In this document: in pieces, positions 56,526-62,128 of the stretch
Layout: each line of letters opens with the position of its first letter
Numbering within the stretch: the first letter of the stretch is position 1
From: an uncultured Bacillota bacterium
Lineage (GTDB): Bacteria > Bacillota_I > Bacilli_A > RF39 > UBA660
Length of the DNA stretch: 62,128 bases
Direction of reading: 5' to 3'
Assembly (NCBI GenBank): GCA_946626905.1
Contig: CAMOVA010000002.1
Span: forward strand, 1-62,128
Notes under the pieces: generated by a model
The model's input: only the letters and a program-made list of their open reading frames with translations
Database searches by the model: none
Told to the model about the DNA's origin: nothing
Program-made: the position numbers and the translations under genes

Positions 56526-57254
56526 ATGTTATATTCAAGTATAAAAAATGAAAAGATTAAAGAAATAAAGAAACTAAATCAAAAGAAATATCGTGATAAA
56601 TCTAATTTATTTTTAATAGAGGGTGAACACTTAGTTTTAGAAGCTTATAAAACAGGTAATATTAAAGAATTGATTTTAGAACAAGATACAGTTTTGCCTC
56701 TTGATGTAGATACTATGTATGTTACTAATGACATTATCAATTATATTAGTGATACAATGTCCCCACAAAATATTATGGCTGTTTGTAATAAATTAGATGA
56801 AAAAGAAGATATAGGTAATAGAATTTTAATACTTGATGATATTAATGATCCAGGTAATTTAGGTACAATTATAAGAAGTGCGGTTGCTTTTAATGTTGAT
56901 ACGATAGTTTTGAGTAAAGATACTGTTGATTTATATAACCCAAAAGTATTACGTTCTACTCAAGGTATGTTATTTCATATAAATATTATAAGAAAAGATT
57001 TAAGTAGTTATATAAAAGAATTAAAGAAAAAAGGTTATCAACTTTTAAGTACAAATGTTGAATATGGAAAAAATGTAAATAGTATTTCAAAAAATGAAAA
57101 ATGTGCTATAATAATGGGCAATGAAGCAAATGGTGTTAAAAGCGAATTAGCGCAGTTATGTGATGATTATTTATATATAGATATGAATGAAGATTGTGAA
57201 AGTTTAAATGTCGCAGTCGCAACTAGTATTATTTTATATGAAATGAATAAGTAG
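56526..57254 (+). CDS. TrmH/SpoU-family RNA 2'-O-methyltransferase
   Basis: SpoU motifs DDINDPGNLGTIIRSA, IIMGNEANGV and SLNVAVATSIILYE. Confidence 0.8.
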   Translation: MLYSSIKNEKIKEIKKLNQKKYRDKSNLFLIEGEHLVLEAYKTGNIKELILEQDTVLPLDVDTMYVTNDIINYISDTMSPQNIMAVCNKLDEKEDIGNRILILDDINDPGNLGTIIRSAVAFNVDTIVLSKDTVDLYNPKVLRSTQGMLFHINIIRKDLSSYIKELKKKGYQLLSTNVEYGKNVNSISKNEKCAIIMGNEANGVKSELAQLCDDYLYIDMNEDCESLNVAVATSIILYEMNK

Positions 57255-57261
57255 GTGTTTT

Positions 57262-57756
57262 ATGGATTATATATTTGTTGGTAAAATAGTAAATACTCAT
57301 GGTATAAAAGGTGAGTTAAGAATAAAATCTGATTTTAAATATAAAAAAGATATTTTTAAAACAGATTTAAATTTATATATTGGAGAAGAAAAAGTTTCAA
57401 AAAAAATAAAATCTTATCGTGTACATAAAGATTATGATATGGTTGTTTTTGATGATGTTTCTTCAATAAATGATGTATTAATTTATAAGGGTAAAAATGT
57501 TTATGTTAAAAGAGATGAATTAAACATAAATGGTGTATTAGATGAAGATTTAATAAATATGAATGTTTATTCTAATGGTATTTTTAAAGGTATATTAACA
57601 GATATATTAAGAAGTAAAGCTCATGATATTTTAGTTATTGAAAATGAAGGTAAAAAATATTTAGTTCCATATATAGATGAATTTGTTTCTAATATAGATT
57701 TAAAAGAAAAGAAAATAGATATAAAAGAAATAGAGGGATTATTTAATGAAGATTGA
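57262..57756 (+). CDS. rimM: 16S rRNA processing protein RimM
   Basis: [18 protein letters not shown]. Confidence 0.85.
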   Translation: MDYIFVGKIVNTHGIKGELRIKSDFKYKKDIFKTDLNLYIGEEKVSKKIKSYRVHKDYDMVVFDDVSSINDVLIYKGKNVYVKRDELNINGVLDEDLINMNVYSNGIFKGILTDILRSKAHDILVIENEGKKYLVPYIDEFVSNIDLKEKKIDIKEIEGLFNED

Positions 57757-58417
57757 TATATTAACTCTTTTTCCTGAAATGTTTGAAGGCTTTGTTAATA
57801 CTTCAATAATTAAAAGAGCAATTGATAAAAAACTAATTGAAATAAATGTTCATAATATTAGAGATTATTCTCCTTTTAAAAATAAAAGGGTAGATGATTA
57901 TCCATATGGTGGTGGAGAAGGAATGGTTCTTATGTGTGAGCCAGTAGTAAGCGCTATTGAAGATGTTAAAACAGAAGATTCATTAGTTATTCTTATGACT
58001 CCACAAGGAGAAAAATTTAATCAACAAAAAGCTTATGAATTAAAAGAAAAAAAACATATTATACTAGTTTGTGGTCATTATGAAGGATTTGATGAAAGAA
58101 TTAGAAATTATGTTGATTTAGAATTAAGTATAGGTGATTATATTTTAACAGGTGGTGAATTACCATCTATGATAATTACAGATAGTATAACAAGATTAAT
58201 AGATGGAGTTATTCTTCATGAATCAAGTTTAAATGAATCTTTTAATGATAATTTGCTTGATTATCCAGTCTATACAAAACCAAGTGATTTTAGAGGAGAT
58301 AAAGTTCCTGAAGTATTACTTTCAGGTCACCATGAAAATATTAATAAATGGCGTAAAGAAGAAAGTATAAAAAGGACTAGAATTAGAAGACCTGATTTAT
58401 TAAAGGATGATGATTAA
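57746..58417 (+). CDS. trmD: tRNA (guanine37-N1)-methyltransferase
   Basis: [28 protein letters not shown] and [10 protein letters not shown]. Confidence 0.9.
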   Translation: MKIDILTLFPEMFEGFVNTSIIKRAIDKKLIEINVHNIRDYSPFKNKRVDDYPYGGGEGMVLMCEPVVSAIEDVKTEDSLVILMTPQGEKFNQQKAYELKEKKHIILVCGHYEGFDERIRNYVDLELSIGDYILTGGELPSMIITDSITRLIDGVILHESSLNESFNDNLLDYPVYTKPSDFRGDKVPEVLLSGHHENINKWRKEESIKRTRIRRPDLLKDDD

Positions 58418-58868
58418 TATGCAGAAAACATATACAATTGTAAAAGAACAAGTAAACGGTGATAAGGTATATATTGATTACACTAAAATAAATGGGTATA
58501 AATTTAAACCTAAAAATAAAAGTAATTCTAAAATAAAAATTAATTCTTTAGTTATAATTAAACCATCATTTACAACAAAAGTATTAAAGAAAAAAGTTAA
58601 GAAAAAATTAGATTTTTATTTAAAGTATATGATATCATTGATAGATAATGAAACAGATTCTACACCAGGTGATTTAAATGAAGTTTTAGGTGAATTAAAA
58701 CGTTATAGAGCAATTGTAGAATATAAATATAGTAAATATTTAGAAAAAAAATATATTGAATTATTATTAAAGAAAATTGATATATTAGAACATGAATTAA
58801 AAATGAAAATAATCATCATACAAGAAGAAATGATGTATGAAAAACAAGAAAATAATAAGTCAAAATAA
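58407..58868 (+). CDS. Lysine-rich hypothetical protein
   Basis: ORF overlapping the trmD stop. Alternative ATG at 58419. No family recognised. Confidence 0.4.
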   Translation: MMINMQKTYTIVKEQVNGDKVYIDYTKINGYKFKPKNKSNSKIKINSLVIIKPSFTTKVLKKKVKKKLDFYLKYMISLIDNETDSTPGDLNEVLGELKRYRAIVEYKYSKYLEKKYIELLLKKIDILEHELKMKIIIIQEEMMYEKQENNKSK

Positions 58869-58937
58869 CTACAAATGTAGTTTTTTTGTTAAATGTTAAA
58901 AAAGTGTGCTATAATATTGGCGATTGGAGGGGTAACC

Positions 58938-59873
58938 ATGTTGAAAATTTATAAGACTACTAAAGAAAAAAGAATAAAAAAGACTAAAAAAATAGTAGAA
59001 GAATGTTGGATAGAATTAACAAATCCAGATAATAGGGAAATAGATAGAGTAGTTAATACTACTGGAATTGATAAAGATTTAATTGTAAAAATGCTGGATG
59101 AAGAAGAAAGACCACGTATTGAAACAAGTGATAATGCAACATTAGTAGTAATAGATACTCCATACTTGGAATTTGTTAATAATAAATTTGAATTCTTAAC
59201 TTATCCTTTAGGAATTATAATCGCAAGCAATTATTTGATAACAGTTTCTCCTAAAAAGGTAAATATTCTAAATGATTTTAAACATAATAAAGTTAAAAAC
59301 TTTAGGACTTCTAAAAAAACTAGATTTTTAATTCAAATATTACTTAAAACAGCTAATGCTTATCAAAAAGCATTACAAGATGTTAATAAGAACATAAATA
59401 TGAAAGAAGAAGTATTAAAAAAATCTACAAAAAATAGTGATTTAATTGATATGCTTGAAATAGAAAAAACCTTAGTATATTTCTTAACATCTTTAAAAGC
59501 TAATGATTTAGTGTTGGAAAAACTTAATAAAGGAATAGTAGTAGAATTATTTGAAGGAGATTCTGATTTATTAGAGGATGCAATAATTGAAAATAAACAG
59601 GCTATTGAGATGAGTGAAATATATAGAAATATCTTAAATTCAATAACTGAAACATATGCAACAATTGTATCTAATAATTTAAATAATGTCATGAAATTTT
59701 TAGCTGGTATTACAATTATTCTTTCATTACCTAATATTATAACTTCATATTTAGGTATGAATATTCCATTAATAGTAAATAAATTACCAAATCCAGAATT
59801 ATGTGTTTTCTTATTCTGCGTGGTAATCTCGGTTATAGTAACAATTATATTAAAGAAAAAAGAAATGTTATAA
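58938..59873 (+). CDS. corA: CorA-family magnesium transporter
   Basis: YLGMNIP (GMN motif) between two C-terminal TM helices. The ATG at 58938 follows GGAGGGG. Confidence 0.8.
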   Translation: MLKIYKTTKEKRIKKTKKIVEECWIELTNPDNREIDRVVNTTGIDKDLIVKMLDEEERPRIETSDNATLVVIDTPYLEFVNNKFEFLTYPLGIIIASNYLITVSPKKVNILNDFKHNKVKNFRTSKKTRFLIQILLKTANAYQKALQDVNKNINMKEEVLKKSTKNSDLIDMLEIEKTLVYFLTSLKANDLVLEKLNKGIVVELFEGDSDLLEDAIIENKQAIEMSEIYRNILNSITETYATIVSNNLNNVMKFLAGITIILSLPNIITSYLGMNIPLIVNKLPNPELCVFLFCVVISVIVTIILKKKEML

Positions 59874-59879
59874 TGTGTA

Positions 59880-59910
59880 AAGTTAAAAGTACAATTTTAA
59901 CTTTTTTTTA
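59880..59910 (+). terminator. Rho-independent terminator
   Basis: Stem AGTTAAAA/TTTTAACT followed by a T-run. Confidence 0.6.
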
Positions 59911-59974
59911 AATTTTATTTAATCGAAATAGTTATTATGCTATAATTAAAAGTGTCAGTAAGGGAGGAAAATAA

Positions 59975-62128
59975 ATGACAAAATGGGTATACCTTTTTAA
60001 AGAAGGAAATGCAGATATGAGAAACTTACTTGGTGGAAAAGGAGCAAACTTAGCAGAAATGACTAATATTGGACTTCCTGTACCTCAAGGGTTCACAATT
60101 ACTACAGAAGCATGTACAAAATATTATGAAGACGGAAGAGAAATAAATGATGAAATTCAAGGTCAAATAAATGAGTACATCGAAAAAATGGAAGAAATAA
60201 CTGGAAAGAAATTTGGAGATAAAGAAAATCCACTTTTAGTTTCAGTAAGAAGTGGAGCTAGAGCATCTATGCCAGGTATGATGGATACTATTCTTAATTT
60301 AGGACTTAATGAAGAAGTAGTTAATGTAATAGCAGAAAAATCAAATAATCCAAGATGGGCATGGGATTGTTATAGAAGATTTATTCAAATGTATTCAGAT
60401 GTTGTTATGGAAGTAGGAAAAAAATACTTTGAACAATTAATTGATGAAATGAAAGATAAAAAAGGTGTTAAACAAGATATTGAATTAGATGCAGATGATT
60501 TAAAAGAATTAGCACGTGAATTTAAAGAAGAATATAAAAATAAAATAGGAACTGATTTCCCAGATGATCCAAAAGAACAATTAATGGGAGCTATTAAAGC
60601 TGTATTTAGATCATGGGATAATCCAAGAGCTAATGTTTATAGAAGAGATAATGATATTCCTTATTCATGGGGAACTGCTGTAAATGTTCAATCAATGGCA
60701 TTTGGTAACATGGGAGATGACTGTGGTACTGGTGTTGCATTTACACGTGATCCAGCTACTGGAGAAAAAGGATTATTTGGAGAATTCTTAACTAATGCTC
60801 AAGGTGAAGACGTTGTTGCTGGTGTTCGTACACCAATGCATATAACTGAAATGGAAGATAAATTCCCAGAAGCATTTAAGGAATTTAAAGAAGTTTGTAA
60901 AACTCTAGAAAATCATTATAGAGATATGCAAGATATGGAATTTACTGTAGAACATGGTAAACTTTATATGTTACAAACAAGAAATGGTAAAAGAACTGCC
61001 AAAGCTGCTTTAAAAATTGCATGTGATTTAGTTGATGAAGGAATGCGTAGTGAAGAAGAAGCAGTTTCAATGATAGATCCAAGAAACTTAGATACACTAT
61101 TACATCCACAATTTGATACAGCTGCACTTAAAGCAACTGAACCACTTGGTAAAGGTTTAGGAGCAAGTCCAGGTGCTGCATGTGGAAAAGTTGTATTTAC
61201 TGCTGAAGATGCTGCAACATGGGCAGAAAAAGGTGAAAAAGTTGTACTTGTTAGACTTGAAACTTCACCAGAAGATATTACAGGTATGAAAGCTGCTCAA
61301 GGTATCTTAACAGTTCGTGGTGGAATGACATCACATGCTGCAGTAGTAGCTCGTGGTATGGGTACTTGCTGTGTTTCAGGATGTGGAGATATTATTATGG
61401 ATGAAGATAATAAACAATTTACATTAGCAGGAACTACTTTCCATGAAGGTGATTATATTTCAATAGATGGTTCAACAGGAAATATTTATGCCGGACAAAT
61501 TAAGACTGTAGATGCTACAATAGCAGGAGAATTTGAAAGAGTTATGCAGTGGGCAGATAAATATAGAACATTAAAAGTAAGAACTAATGCTGATACTCCA
61601 GCAGATGCTAAGAAAGCTAGAGAACTAGGAGCAGAAGGTATTGGACTTTGTCGTACAGAACACATGTTCTTTGAAGAAGATAGAATTGCTGCATTTAGAG
61701 AAATGATTTGTTCTGATACAGTAGAAGAAAGGGAAGCTGCATTAGAAAAAATACTTCCTTATCAACAAAATGACTTTGAACAATTATATGAAGCATTAGA
61801 AGGTTGTCCAGTTACAATTAGATATTTGGACCCACCTTTACATGAATTTGTTCCAACTGAAGAAGCAGATATTAAAAAACTTGCTGATGCTCAAGGTAAG
61901 ACAGTTGAACAAATTAAAAACATAATAGATTCATTACATGAATTTAATCCAATGATGGGACATAGAGGATGTAGACTTGCAGTTACATATCCTGAAATAG
62001 CTAAAATGCAAACTAAAGCAGTTATTAGAGCTGCAATAAATGTATCAAAGAAACATCCAGATTGGAATGTTGTACCAGAAATAATGATTCCACTTGTATG
62101 TGAAGTAAAAGAATTAAAATATGTTAAA
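59975..62128 (+). CDS. ppdK: Pyruvate, phosphate dikinase (5' part; runs off the window; absent from the ORF track)
   Basis: ATG at 59975 after AGGGAGGA. MTKWVYLFKEGNADMRNLLGGKGANLAEM, GGMTSHAAVVARGMG (phospho-His loop) and GLCRTEHMF. The frame is open to position 62128. Confidence 0.9.
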   Translation, partial: MTKWVYLFKEGNADMRNLLGGKGANLAEMTNIGLPVPQGFTITTEACTKYYEDGREINDEIQGQINEYIEKMEEITGKKFGDKENPLLVSVRSGARASMPGMMDTILNLGLNEEVVNVIAEKSNNPRWAWDCYRRFIQMYSDVVMEVGKKYFEQLIDEMKDKKGVKQDIELDADDLKELAREFKEEYKNKIGTDFPDDPKEQLMGAIKAVFRSWDNPRANVYRRDNDIPYSWGTAVNVQSMAFGNMGDDCGTGVAFTRDPATGEKGLFGEFLTNAQGEDVVAGVRTPMHITEMEDKFPEAFKEFKEVCKTLENHYRDMQDMEFTVEHGKLYMLQTRNGKRTAKAALKIACDLVDEGMRSEEEAVSMIDPRNLDTLLHPQFDTAALKATEPLGKGLGASPGAACGKVVFTAEDAATWAEKGEKVVLVRLETSPEDITGMKAAQGILTVRGGMTSHAAVVARGMGTCCVSGCGDIIMDEDNKQFTLAGTTFHEGDYISIDGSTGNIYAGQIKTVDATIAGEFERVMQWADKYRTLKVRTNADTPADAKKARELGAEGIGLCRTEHMFFEEDRIAAFREMICSDTVEEREAALEKILPYQQNDFEQLYEALEGCPVTIRYLDPPLHEFVPTEEADIKKLADAQGKTVEQIKNIIDSLHEFNPMMGHRGCRLAVTYPEIAKMQTKAVIRAAINVSKKHPDWNVVPEIMIPLVCEVKELKYVK

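Noticed and set aside
1-62128. Search for CRISPR arrays, IS elements/transposases, integrases, restriction-modification or known multi-gene defence cassettes, and rRNA genes.
   Set aside because: I recognised no spaced direct-repeat arrays, no DDE/serine/tyrosine recombinase signatures, and no nuclease/methylase/helicase defence-type ORFs. The only toxin-like module is the Fic pair.

Overview
Strongly AT-rich chromosomal segment (GC not computed) from an endospore-forming low-GC Firmicute (Bacillota). The taxon is inferred only from gene content: cotE, gerQ, cse60, yjcZ, sigK, comN and yneF. The window is almost entirely core genome. It carries cdaA-cdaR, the infC-rpmI-rplT operon with its leader, and many cell-envelope genes: ltaS, class B PBP-mraY-ftsW, an inverted murE, murF-ddl, VanY-type and PBP5-type carboxypeptidases, a second SEDS protein, and SpoVB/MurJ. 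It also carries htrA, two FAD oxidoreductases, rplS-lepB, dinB, parC, rel-dtd, rpsP-KH ... rimM-trmD, corA and a 3'-truncated ppdK. I recognised two tRNAs (Met-CAT on +, Gly-TCC on -). I saw no rRNA, CRISPR array, transposase, integrase or obvious prophage/defence cassette.

The regions that look non-standard are:
1. A class B sortase with a ~290-aa LRR-like cytoplasmic N-terminal domain, divergently paired with an NPKTG-anchored protein carrying three 28-aa two-cysteine repeats.
2. A STAS / SigF-like sigma pair with no anti-sigma kinase gene and no phosphorylatable serine, followed by two orphan type IV pilin-like genes. All of this lies in a ~4 kb block that splits the conserved rpsP-KH / rimM-trmD operon.
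3. A 4.5 kb tRNA-bounded islet holding ASCH + ABC-F (bracketed by a perfect 30-bp direct repeat), a Fic/VbhA-like pair in which both the Fic motif and the antitoxin inhibitory motif are degenerate, and a membrane XRE regulator plus an unknown protein.
4. Domain oddities in housekeeping proteins: L20 with a Rho_N-like tail, MurF with a polytopic membrane N-terminus, and a sensor with a degenerate GGDEF motif.

All functional calls come from motif and family recognition by eye. No searches were run.
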